From the NCBI GenBank assembly GCA_041288075.1, contig JBGGMI010000238.1, forward strand, positions 959 to 64,958: a DNA stretch of 64,000 bases, read 5' to 3'. Below the pieces are notes generated by a model, which saw nothing but the letters and a program-made list of their open reading frames with translations, did not search any database and was not told the DNA's origin. Of this stretch, positions 38,149 to 46,986 are shown in pieces. The translations under genes and the position numbers were made by a program. The stretch comes from Fimbriimonas sp. (GTDB taxonomy: Bacteria; Armatimonadota; Fimbriimonadia; Fimbriimonadales; Fimbriimonadaceae). The stretch's first letter is position 1; the number at the start of each line of letters is the position of its first letter.

Positions 38149-39081
38149 TCAACTCGGGCCGGCGCATCTGGGGCCGTCAGGAGTCCAGATTAGTGGGTCG
38201 ATGCACATTCTTCTGGCGGTGGCATCAGTATCCCAAGCGTGGTAAACGATGTAGTCGGTCATCCCATCGGGACCCGTAACGACTGAATTGTGCCCGGGGC
38301 CGAGGACTTTGCCAGGGACGCTCTTTAGGACACGCGGGTGATCGAGATCGGCACCGACAAAGGGTCCGCATGGGTGTGTGGCCACGCAGAAATCGACACC
38401 GTACGTGTCGTTCTGCCAGTTACCGCCACTGTAAAAGCAATAGTAGCGGCCCTCCCTCTTTACAACGCAGGGGCCCTCGAGCGTGTGCCAATCCCAGACA
38501 TTGCCATACATGGTGCGGCCGGCTTGGTAGCGCTGCCAATCGCGTGTGGCGCGGAGAACAGTCTTGGGTTGGCCCGCCAACTGGGTCATGTTGATGAGCC
38601 GATCGACGACGAGCGCAGTGCCGGGGCGACCCTCGACTGCGTCCATAAAATCGGTCGCATAGTAGAAATACCACTCACCATCGTCGTCGCGGAAAGGCGA
38701 TCCGTCGATAGCGAAAGCCACCAAGGTCGAGTCGGTTAAGGATGCGGCATCAGCGTACGGGCCAGTCGCTTCTTCCGAGGTGGCGACACGAAGGTGGTGG
38801 CGGCTGTCACCAAAACCAACTGAGTAGTAGAGGTAGAAGAGACCATCGGAATGCGCGATTTCTGGAGCCCAGTAGTCGCTACCGTACTCCTCCGGCAGTT
38901 TGACAAGACACGCTCCGAGCGGCTCCCAGTTGACGAGATCGTCAGATCGCAGCATTGGGCAGACTCTAGATGGGTCGTCTGAAGCCCCTGTGCCAACCGC
39001 GAGATAGGTGTCGCCGTGCCTAAAGACAAATGGATCCGCGAAATAGGCAGGGTAGACGGGGTTCGTATAGCTGAGCGGCAT
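38149..39081 (-). CDS. GH43 family glycoside hydrolase (arabinanase/xylosidase-like)
   Basis: FADPFV, YWAPEI, AIDGSPF, LEGP, GPGHNSV motifs of the five-bladed propeller. Confidence 0.9.
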   Translation of the reverse strand: MPLSYTNPVYPAYFADPFVFRHGDTYLAVGTGASDDPSRVCPMLRSDDLVNWEPLGACLVKLPEEYGSDYWAPEIAHSDGLFYLYYSVGFGDSRHHLRVATSEEATGPYADAASLTDSTLVAFAIDGSPFRDDDGEWYFYYATDFMDAVEGRPGTALVVDRLINMTQLAGQPKTVLRATRDWQRYQAGRTMYGNVWDWHTLEGPCVVKREGRYYCFYSGGNWQNDTYGVDFCVATHPCGPFVGADLDHPRVLKSVPGKVLGPGHNSVVTGPDGMTDYIVYHAWDTDATARRMCIDPLIWTPDGPRCAGPS

Positions 39082-39183
39082 TAGGCGAAATGAATTCTGA
39101 CAGGATCGGCCGCGCTAGCGGTCTTGCCAATAATGACTCACTCGAACCCTCTCCCCTGGACCCCTTGGGGAAATGCCGGACTT

Positions 39184-40629
39184 TTATTTGACGATGTCGT
39201 GTATTACGTTTCCGAACACGTCGGTTAGGCGGAAGTCACGGCCGGCATGGCGGTAGGTGAGTTGTGTGTGATCGAATCCTAGCAGATGGAGAATAGTGGC
39301 GTGGAGGTCGTGGACGTGGACGGGTTTGTCTTCCGCCTTGAAGCCGAACTCATCCGTTGAGCCGTAGACCGTGCCGCCCTTTACGCCACCACCGGCCATC
39401 CAGTAAGTGAAGCCGTAGTGGTTGTGGTCGCGACCGTTCATCTTCCCCGCGTTTGCTCCGGGGGTGGGCATTTCAACCGTGGGGGTGCGGCCGAATTCTC
39501 CCCCCCAGATGACCAGCGTGTCATCGAGCATGCCTTTCTGCTTAAGGTCAGTCAGGAGGGCTCCGATGCCCTGGTCGGATTCTTTCGCAAGGTTTCGGTG
39601 GGCAACGTCGATGTCGTCGTGGCTGTCCCAGGGCTGCCCGGCTCCATGGTAGAGCTGGATGAAACGGACGCCTCGTTCAGCTAAACGGCGGGCGATAAGG
39701 CATTGGCGGGCGAAGTTGCCAGGGCCGTACATGTCTCGGGTGGCTTGCGATTCCTTTCCTGTGTCGAAGGCGTCGCTCGCTTCCGTTTGCATGCGGTACG
39801 CAAGCTCGAAGGATTGGATCCTGGCTTCCATCGCCGAGTCGGTTCCTCGCTTGGCGAGGTGCTTCTTGTTGAGTCGTTGGACCAAGTCGAGCTGGTCGCG
39901 CTGCTCCTGGGGCAGTGTGTAGTTGTTTCTTATGTTCTCGACGATCTTCTCGATGTCGGTTTGGTTCGGGTCGATGTAAGTGCCGGCCAAGACGCCGGGG
40001 AGGAAGCCGGATTGCCAGTTTTGGGTTTCCTGGATCGGGAACCCGCCCGGGCACATGCTGATGAAGCCGGGCAGGTTCTGATTTTCGGTGCCGAGGCCGT
40101 AAAGGACCCATGATCCCATCGAGGGGCGGATTTGGCGGGCGTCGCCACAGTTCATCAGGAGCAACGAGGGCTCGTGATTCGGCACGTCGGCGTGCATCGA
40201 GCGGATGATGCACATGTCATCGACGTGCTTCGCGACGTTCGGGAAGATTTCGCTGACTTCGATTCCGGATTGCCCGTATTTCTTGAAGCTATAAGGAGAC
40301 GGGAGGGCCGCTCCAGTCCTTCGCTCGGTTGGAAGATTGAGGGGAATGGCCTGGCCCGCATATTTTTGAAGGGCTGGCTTGGGGTCGAAGGTGTCGACCT
40401 GTGAGGGGCCGCCGTTCATGAAGAGAAAGATGACTCGCTTGGCTTTCGCCGGGAGCGGCGGCCTCCGGGGGGCCATCGGGTTGGTGGATTGCACCGGGCT
40501 CGCGAGTGCGGATTCACCGAGAAGCCCCATTAGCCCGAGCGCCGCGAATCCGTTCCCCATCCGGCCGATGAGCTCGCGGCGGGTGAGGAACAGGTCGGCG
40601 ATCGAGTCGTGATGGTCAAACTGAGACAT
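39184..40629 (-). CDS. DUF1501 family protein (sulfatase-like fold, Tat-type signal)
   Basis: TRRELI, AKRVIFLFMNGGPSQVDTFDPKP, RPSMGSWVLYGLG, WDSH, WGGEFGRTP, GRDH, HVHDLHATILHLLG. Confidence 0.9.
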   Translation of the reverse strand: MSQFDHHDSIADLFLTRRELIGRMGNGFAALGLMGLLGESALASPVQSTNPMAPRRPPLPAKAKRVIFLFMNGGPSQVDTFDPKPALQKYAGQAIPLNLPTERRTGAALPSPYSFKKYGQSGIEVSEIFPNVAKHVDDMCIIRSMHADVPNHEPSLLLMNCGDARQIRPSMGSWVLYGLGTENQNLPGFISMCPGGFPIQETQNWQSGFLPGVLAGTYIDPNQTDIEKIVENIRNNYTLPQEQRDQLDLVQRLNKKHLAKRGTDSAMEARIQSFELAYRMQTEASDAFDTGKESQATRDMYGPGNFARQCLIARRLAERGVRFIQLYHGAGQPWDSHDDIDVAHRNLAKESDQGIGALLTDLKQKGMLDDTLVIWGGEFGRTPTVEMPTPGANAGKMNGRDHNHYGFTYWMAGGGVKGGTVYGSTDEFGFKAEDKPVHVHDLHATILHLLGFDHTQLTYRHAGRDFRLTDVFGNVIHDIVK

Positions 40630-40748
40630 CGGCTTCTTAGTCTACGACGATCCGGTTACGTTTCGGCCCCTCCTTCCGTTCAGAAGCGGAAATGCGACAG
40701 TGCGTGCCCTGTGAAACTCAAGCAGGCTCAGGCGCAGTTGTGACTCTC

Positions 40749-40770
40749 TATATTCGCATTTTCGAATATA
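40749..40770. promoter_or_regulatory. Candidate ArsR/SmtB operator
   Basis: TATATTCG-catttt-CGAATATA perfect 8-bp inverted repeat ending 8 nt before the arsR ATG. Confidence 0.6.
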
Positions 40771-40778
40771 CTTAATAA

Positions 40779-41138
40779 ATGCCAAGGTGTAGTGATTCAA
40801 CGTCGGGCGAAGCATTGAGGATATTTAAGGCCGACGTCTTCTCCGTGCTTGCTCATCCCACTCGGATACATATTGTCGAATGTCTTTGCGATGGCGAGTT
40901 CTCGGTTAAGGAGATCATCGACCGCATTGGAGTGGAACCGGCGAACGCCTCACAGCATCTTTCCGTGCTGAGATCCAAGCGCTTGGTCCGCACCCGCAAG
41001 GAAGGAAACCAAGTCTTCTATTCTCTGAGCGATCCGTTGCTGGCGCAGGTTCTGGAGAGCATGCGGCTGTTCTTTCAGTCCCATCTGGAGGAGGCGATGC
41101 AGAACCTTCGCGAGATGGGTGCCTGGCAAGAGAAATGA
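40779..41138 (+). CDS. ArsR/SmtB family transcriptional regulator
   Basis: FSVLAHPTRIHI, ANASQHLSVLR..RLV..RKEGNQVFYSL. Confidence 0.9.
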   Translation: MPRCSDSTSGEALRIFKADVFSVLAHPTRIHIVECLCDGEFSVKEIIDRIGVEPANASQHLSVLRSKRLVRTRKEGNQVFYSLSDPLLAQVLESMRLFFQSHLEEAMQNLREMGAWQEK

Positions 41139-42802
41139 GGCTATCGCTTGGCAAAGTCAATCTGCCGCGCTCAATTACATGCCTTCGCGGTTACAGCACC
41201 TCTGACTTCACATCCGACCTCATCGCCGGCTTGACCGTGGGGCTCGTAGCTTTGCCGTTGGCGATGGCGTTCGCCATCTCATCAGGGGTACCGCCGCAGG
41301 CAGGCATCTATACCGCCGTCGTCGCGGGGCTTCTGATTTCAGCTTTGGGTGGTTCTCGATGCCAGATTGGTGGACCTACGGGCGCATTCGTCGTGGTCGT
41401 GTCAGGGATCGTCGCCAAGTACGGGATCGACGGCCTTTTCATGTGCACGATGATGGCCGGGGTGCTTTTGATGATTCTCGGGATTACAGGTCTCGGCACG
41501 GCGGTGAAGTACATCCCGCGGCCGGTGGTGATCGGCTTCACGAACGGCATCGCGGTGCTCATCGCCAGCACGCAGATCAAGGACTTCTTCGGCATCAAGG
41601 TCGAACATTTGCCAGGGGAGTTCTTTGGACGAATGAGCGTTTTGGCGCAATCGTTTCACACTCTCTCCCTAACCACCGCCTTTGTCGCCACGGCTTCATT
41701 AGCACTGATCATCTTCATGATGCGGTACGTGCGCAGGGTGCCCGGCTCGATCGTGGCGCTGTTTCTTGGAACGGCCGTCGCTTGGGGGATGCATCTGCCT
41801 ATCGAGACGATCGAGAGCCGGTTTGGAGGCATTCCGGGTGGGTTGCCGCAGTTCGTCATCCCAAGCTTTCGGCCCGAGTTGATCCTGCTGCTGCTGTCGC
41901 CGGTGCTTACGGTAACGATGTTGGGCGCTGTGGAGTCGCTGCTCTCGGCAGTGGTCGCGGACCGGATGTCGGGCGACAAGCACGATTCGAACACCGAGCT
42001 CTTTGCTCAGGGGGTGGCCAACTTCTGTTCGCCCTTTTTCGGTGGATTGCCGGCAACTGGTGCGATTGCGAGGACCGCCACCAACATTCGATCCGGCGCT
42101 CGGACGCCCATGTCCGGCATCATTCACGCCTTGGTGCTGCTAGTGATCCTGCTTGTAGCGGCGCCGTTTGCCAAGCACATCCCGCTGGCGGTTTTGTCGG
42201 CCATCCTTTTCGTGGTCGCGTACAACATGGGTGAGTGGCGGGGGATCGGCGAGATCTTGAAGCTGACCAAGGCTGACATCGCGGTATGGCTCATCACCTT
42301 CGCGCTTACCGTGTTCGCGGACCTTTCCGTCGCAGTGGAAGCGGGGATGATTCTTGCGGCACTGCTCTACATTGGCAAGGTCACCGCAACGACAACGGTG
42401 TCCGAGATTACGCCGGAGTATGTGCGAGATGGATTCCAGCACAGCTTGCAGACAAATGAGCTGCCGATAGGAGTGGCTGCCTTTCGAATCCATGGACCGT
42501 TCCTGTTTGGTTGCACCGATAAACTCGAGGTGGTGACGGACCAGCTTGACTCATTGCCCAAGGTAGTGATGCTTCGCTTGCGAAACATGACCGCGATCGA
42601 TGCGACGGGACTGCACGCGCTGGAGCATCTTGCGGATCGGCTGCATTCCACCGGGCGAGAGCTGATCGTTTGCGGCATGCGCACTCAACCGCTGAAGCTA
42701 ATCCGGCAGGGAGAATTCGACTCGCATCTGGGACATAAAAATATCTGTCCCACGCTCGAGTCGGCGATTACGCGAGCGAAGGAAGTTTTGGCGGAGGCAT
42801 AG
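41135..42802 (+). CDS. sulP: SulP/SLC26 family inorganic anion transporter with STAS domain
   Basis: DLIAGLTVGLVALPLAMAFAI, QIGGPTGAF, GFTNGI, ESLLSAVVAD, ATGAIART, C-terminal STAS (GPFLFG, IDATG). Confidence 0.92.
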   Translation: MRLSLGKVNLPRSITCLRGYSTSDFTSDLIAGLTVGLVALPLAMAFAISSGVPPQAGIYTAVVAGLLISALGGSRCQIGGPTGAFVVVVSGIVAKYGIDGLFMCTMMAGVLLMILGITGLGTAVKYIPRPVVIGFTNGIAVLIASTQIKDFFGIKVEHLPGEFFGRMSVLAQSFHTLSLTTAFVATASLALIIFMMRYVRRVPGSIVALFLGTAVAWGMHLPIETIESRFGGIPGGLPQFVIPSFRPELILLLLSPVLTVTMLGAVESLLSAVVADRMSGDKHDSNTELFAQGVANFCSPFFGGLPATGAIARTATNIRSGARTPMSGIIHALVLLVILLVAAPFAKHIPLAVLSAILFVVAYNMGEWRGIGEILKLTKADIAVWLITFALTVFADLSVAVEAGMILAALLYIGKVTATTTVSEITPEYVRDGFQHSLQTNELPIGVAAFRIHGPFLFGCTDKLEVVTDQLDSLPKVVMLRLRNMTAIDATGLHALEHLADRLHSTGRELIVCGMRTQPLKLIRQGEFDSHLGHKNICPTLESAITRAKEVLAEA

Positions 42803-44204
42803 CCTTCTCGATGCTGTAGGCGATTTGGAGCAGGCGCTCGTCCTGCATCGCTGGGGCCATGAGTTGGAGGCCGATCGGGAGGCCGTTGGTGAACCCGCAA
42901 TTCAGGGAGATTGCCGGGAAGCCGCCGAGGTTAGCAGGGATGGTGCAGTAGTCGAGGAGCTTGAGCGCGAGGGGGTCTGCGGTGAGCTCGCCGAGCTTGA
43001 AGGCGGGGACGGGGCTGGTGGGGGATAGTACGGCGTCGCAATCTTCAAAGGCGGCTTTGAATTCTTGGGTCATGACGGCTCTCACCTGGCTGGCCCTTAG
43101 GTAGTAAGCATCGTAGTAGCCAGCGGAGAGCGCGTAGGTGCCCATCATAATGCGGGACTTCACCTCGTGCCCAAAGCCCTCGGCGCGGCTCCGCTCAACC
43201 ACGCCGATGTGCCCCTTCCCTTCGCTCCTCGGGCCAAAGCGGATGCCGTCGAAGCGTGCGAGATTGCTGCTTGCTTCGGCGGGGGCGATGATGTAATACG
43301 TGGTCACTCCGACCGCAATGGAGGGGATAGAGACTTCTTTGAATTGCACGCCTTCCTTCCGGAGTGCCTCGATGGCCTCTTCGATGACTTTCCGGACGTC
43401 AGGACTGAGAGAATCGTCGAAGAGCTCTTTCGGCAGCGCGATTTTGAGACCTCTCAGGCTTCCACTTTTCAGGTCCTTGGTCGAAATCGGCGGGACGTTG
43501 AGCGAGGTGCTGTCCAGAGGATCGTGGCCGGTGAGGATTGACGCGAGGAGGGCAGCGTCCTCGACGTTCTGGGCGAGCGGGCCGATCTGGTCGAGAGAGG
43601 AGGCGAAGGCGATGAGGCCATACCTTGAGCAGCGCCCGTAAGTGGGTTTGAAGCCAACAATCCCGCAGAGGCTGGCGGGCTGGCGGATCGAGCCGCCGGT
43701 GTCTGAACCTAGGGAGAGCGGAGCCAGAGAACCCGCAACCGCCGCCGCCGAACCTCCGGAGCTGCCGCCGGGCGCACGGTTCCGATCCCAAGGATTACGC
43801 GTGAGCTGATAGGCCGAAGTCTCGGTGGAAGTGCCCATCGCGAACTCGTCCATGTTCGTCTTACCGAGGATGGGGAGGCCGGCCAAGCGAAGCTTCGTAA
43901 CGACAGACGCATCGAAAGGGGGTACGTAGCCCTTCAGAATCTTAGAAGCGCAAGTAGTCTCTAGACCCTCCGTCGAGAGGTTGTCCTTTAATGCGATGGG
44001 GACGCCAGCGAGGGGACCGGCGGTGCCGTTGTCGACCATTAGCTGCGCCGCTTCAGCTTGCCGGAGCGTTGCCTCCGGGTCGAGAGCTAGAAAGCAGCCA
44101 AGCTGGGGATCGTGTTGACTGATCGCCGCGAGATAGGATTTGGCCACCTCAACGCAGGACACTTCCCTGCTGGCGATTCGGCGGGCGAGCTCAGCGGCGG
44201 CCAC
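42768..44204 (-). CDS. gatA: Asp/Glu-tRNA amidotransferase subunit A
   Basis: IALKDN, GKTNMDEFAMGTSTE, PGGSSGGSAAAVA, GSDTGGSIRQPA, EASSNLARFDGIRFG, YALSAGYYDAYY. Confidence 0.96.
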   Translation of the reverse strand: MAAAELARRIASREVSCVEVAKSYLAAISQHDPQLGCFLALDPEATLRQAEAAQLMVDNGTAGPLAGVPIALKDNLSTEGLETTCASKILKGYVPPFDASVVTKLRLAGLPILGKTNMDEFAMGTSTETSAYQLTRNPWDRNRAPGGSSGGSAAAVAGSLAPLSLGSDTGGSIRQPASLCGIVGFKPTYGRCSRYGLIAFASSLDQIGPLAQNVEDAALLASILTGHDPLDSTSLNVPPISTKDLKSGSLRGLKIALPKELFDDSLSPDVRKVIEEAIEALRKEGVQFKEVSIPSIAVGVTTYYIIAPAEASSNLARFDGIRFGPRSEGKGHIGVVERSRAEGFGHEVKSRIMMGTYALSAGYYDAYYLRASQVRAVMTQEFKAAFEDCDAVLSPTSPVPAFKLGELTADPLALKLLDYCTIPANLGGFPAISLNCGFTNGLPIGLQLMAPAMQDERLLQIAYSIEKAMPPPKLPSLA

Positions 44205-44207
44205 GGC

Positions 44208-44498
44208 TTAGTCCTCGATGATCTGAGGAACTACGAACAGGGCGGCTCTGGAGAGCGGGGAGTTTCGGAGAGCCTGTTCTCGGGGCACTGACTCCCAAAT
44301 CTGGTCGTCGGCCCACACGTTCTGCAGCGAGACGGCGTGCGAGATGGGCTCGATTCCCGAGACGTCCACCGACTGAATATCGCCGAAGTGGCCGAGCAGT
44401 GCGTTCAACTCCGTTTGAAACGAGAGAATCTCGCTTTCTTCCAGCTCAAGCCGCGCCAGTTTGGCCACGTGCCTGACCTCATCGATTGAGATCGACAT
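44208..44498 (-). CDS. gatC: Asp/Glu-tRNA amidotransferase subunit C
   Basis: ISIDEVRHVAKLARL...FVVPQII, directly upstream of gatA. Confidence 0.93.
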   Translation of the reverse strand: MSISIDEVRHVAKLARLELEESEILSFQTELNALLGHFGDIQSVDVSGIEPISHAVSLQNVWADDQIWESVPREQALRNSPLSRAALFVVPQIIED

Positions 44499-44539
44499 AT
44501 GGGGCCGATTGTATCACACGGGCTCCGATAAGGACAGTG

Positions 44540-44794
44540 CTACTTCCGGCGGAACAAGAACAAACCGTCCCGCACTCCCTCGAACAAAAGCGACAGGCAG
44601 AGCTCCAAACGCTTTCGCCCAGCTTTAGAGAAGGTCAAGGCGAGCGTGGCCAGGCTTTCGATCGCAAATCCTCCGATGAAGAACCAGGCAAGCCACCTTC
44701 CTGGCGGCGCCAAGTCAGCATTGAGGAGCCACAGGAAGGCCACAAGATCGCCCGCTAGAATTGCAACGCAAATGAGCCTGACATCTCCGATCAT
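44540..44794 (-). CDS. Possible small membrane protein
   Basis: Two hydrophobic stretches in an otherwise unoccupied gap; start uncertain. Confidence 0.3.
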   Translation of the reverse strand: MIGDVRLICVAILAGDLVAFLWLLNADLAPPGRWLAWFFIGGFAIESLATLALTFSKAGRKRLELCLSLLFEGVRDGLFLFRRK

Positions 44795-44831
44795 TCCGCA
44801 AGTATTCCCCACTTGAGGATAATCAACTGAG

Positions 44832-46883
44832 GTGTTTCGCCCAGGGTTCAATGCGGTTTCCGGAGTGCTGGCGACATTGTGCGTCCTGGCTCTCATCGCC
44901 AGCATCCTGAGGCCGCTTCTCCCACCTGCCGCAACGAACCAACTTAACTTCTCCGAAGAGGATTTTCTTCGCAGGGCGGCTCACCAGGCAATCGATTGGC
45001 AAGAGCTGAAGGCGGCTTCGGTCGCGAAAGCCAAGAAGGAGAAGAAACCGATCCTGCTCGTTATCGGAGTGGTTTCGAGTGGCTTGGGCCAGTTACTCGA
45101 CGCGACTTCGTTTCAGGATGACGACGTAGCCCGGTACCTGAACCGCTATTTCGTTCCGATTCGAATCGACGGGCTGCAGCACCCGGAATGGATCAACGCG
45201 TTCTTTCCCATCTGGCGGCTGAAGCTGGAGTTCTTGCCGGGATTGCAGATTTGGGTGCTTACTCCGGAAGGAGAAATCGTGGGCTTTATCGGCCGGACGA
45301 AGGTGAATGAGAGCTTCGATCCGACGGCGATCTACTCGAAGCTCATCGAAGTCAACCGTCTTTGGCAGCGGATCAAATCGGGAGCCGAACGGCCGCAGGC
45401 GAACATCATTCAGCGCAACGATATCGCGGTGCTGTCCTCGCAAGAAGGGTCGGTGATTTCACCATTCGAGCTTTTTCGGGCGACCGTCGAGGATGGAATC
45501 GATCCGGAGCACGGCGGGCTACCCAGGGATGGGCTTCAGCAGCTCTTCCCAAATGCCTGGCGATATATGTGCCTTACAGGTCGCATGGAGCCGCTGCACG
45601 AGTCGCTCGACCCGATTCTGCTCTCACCGATGCTCGACCTCATCGACGGGGGATTCTTTCGGGTGAGCGCAGCTGCGGATTATCAGAAGATCGAGTTCAA
45701 CAAGGTGGCCACGGAGCAGGCGGAGATGTTGCTCACGCTCTCCATCGCGGCGGCACTTACCGGGGATTCTCTCTACAAATTCGCGGCGGGAAATACCTAC
45801 TGGACCCTGGCGAAAACGATGCGCGCAGGAGAGTGGATCGCCGCGTCCCAGACGGAAGACACGCCAGAGCAGCCTCGCAGCGAACGGTACAGCTTCTCGG
45901 TGCGGAAATTGCGTAACACGCTGTCGGGGAGTCAACGTTCCTGGGCAGCGGATTATCTTGGGCTGGACGTGCTGCGAAACCGCCAAATGGTTCCCTACCT
46001 CGCACGCCGAGACACGCTGGAGCAACCGCAGCTCGAGGCGGTGCTGGAAAAGCTGCGGACGAAGACCTCCGGAAATGCGACTCTCTCGGGCATTGGCTTT
46101 CTGGAGATCGAGGCGACGGTTGGGGCTCGAATGGTCGAAGCATCGCGGATCATGGGGAATCAAGCCTGGGCGAAGCTGGCATTGAGCCGGATGGATGCTC
46201 TCGATCGATTCGTAGGGCCAAAGGGGCTCTTGCGACGGATCAGTCAAGAGGATTCCGAGCCAGGCTATCTTGGCGATTACGTCGCCTATGCGGACGCGAA
46301 GCTACAAGATTATCTGGCGAGTGGGCGGGTCGTGTCGCTCGAACAGGGAATGCGATTCCTTTCCGCCATTCCACGGCGCTTCGCGGGAGCTCGCAACGGC
46401 GAATATCGCCTGACCGAGCGGCCCCTGCTATTCCCGAACACGGATCTGCCTGAGATTGCGGATAATTTTCGAGAGTCCTGCTCGGCGCGGCTGCTCCGGC
46501 TCTTCCTGGCGTACGGCCGCTTATTCGAGCACAAGGCCGAGGGGACGCAGATGCTGAGCTGGGCCAACGAGATATCCAACCGGTTCGCGTTGATTGCAGG
46601 CGACGGAGGGCCGTCGGCCGGCGCATTTTTCTGTGCCTCAGGCGAGTTGGTCGATGGAATGTATGCCATCACAGTAGGGCCGCAGGCTCAGCACCTTGCG
46701 AACGCCCTAACGCGGCAAGTCCCCACTCGGTTCGTAGCGGCAGCGTTCGGCCCGGTGCGACCTGACCTGCAATCGAGAACTCCCGGAATCTACATCGTGG
46801 ACGGAACTGTTTCTGGGCCCTTCACGGTCGATGAAGCTGCGCAGCGGCTTCCCAGGACCCTGCGCCTGCCGGTTGCCCCATAG
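44832..46883 (+). CDS. YyaL/SSP411 (DUF255 thioredoxin + alpha/alpha-barrel) family protein, membrane-anchored, lacking CxxC
   Basis: IDW...KPILLVIG...SFQDDDVARYLNRYFVPIRID; GGFFR...FNK...QA; N-terminal TM helix. Confidence 0.78.
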   Translation: MFRPGFNAVSGVLATLCVLALIASILRPLLPPAATNQLNFSEEDFLRRAAHQAIDWQELKAASVAKAKKEKKPILLVIGVVSSGLGQLLDATSFQDDDVARYLNRYFVPIRIDGLQHPEWINAFFPIWRLKLEFLPGLQIWVLTPEGEIVGFIGRTKVNESFDPTAIYSKLIEVNRLWQRIKSGAERPQANIIQRNDIAVLSSQEGSVISPFELFRATVEDGIDPEHGGLPRDGLQQLFPNAWRYMCLTGRMEPLHESLDPILLSPMLDLIDGGFFRVSAAADYQKIEFNKVATEQAEMLLTLSIAAALTGDSLYKFAAGNTYWTLAKTMRAGEWIAASQTEDTPEQPRSERYSFSVRKLRNTLSGSQRSWAADYLGLDVLRNRQMVPYLARRDTLEQPQLEAVLEKLRTKTSGNATLSGIGFLEIEATVGARMVEASRIMGNQAWAKLALSRMDALDRFVGPKGLLRRISQEDSEPGYLGDYVAYADAKLQDYLASGRVVSLEQGMRFLSAIPRRFAGARNGEYRLTERPLLFPNTDLPEIADNFRESCSARLLRLFLAYGRLFEHKAEGTQMLSWANEISNRFALIAGDGGPSAGAFFCASGELVDGMYAITVGPQAQHLANALTRQVPTRFVAAAFGPVRPDLQSRTPGIYIVDGTVSGPFTVDEAAQRLPRTLRLPVAP

Positions 46884-46898
46884 GTCATAATCTCCTTC

Positions 46899-46983
46899 GG
46901 AGAGGTCGCATAGTGGTCTAGTGCGCCGCACTCGAAATGCGGTAAGGGGCAACTCTTCGAGGGTTCGAATCCCTCCCTCTCCG
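46899..46983 (+). tRNA. tRNA-Ser (anticodon CGA)
   Basis: Acceptor GGAGAGG/CCTCTCC, discriminator G, anticodon arm CCGCA-CTCGAAA-TGCGG, long variable arm, GGTTCGAATCC T-arm; CCA not encoded. Confidence 0.96.
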
Positions 46984-46986
46984 TTC

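Noticed and set aside
46899-46983. tRNA-Ser as the attachment site of a genomic island
   Set aside because: No duplicated tRNA 3' end or integrase in the window; flanked by ordinary genes
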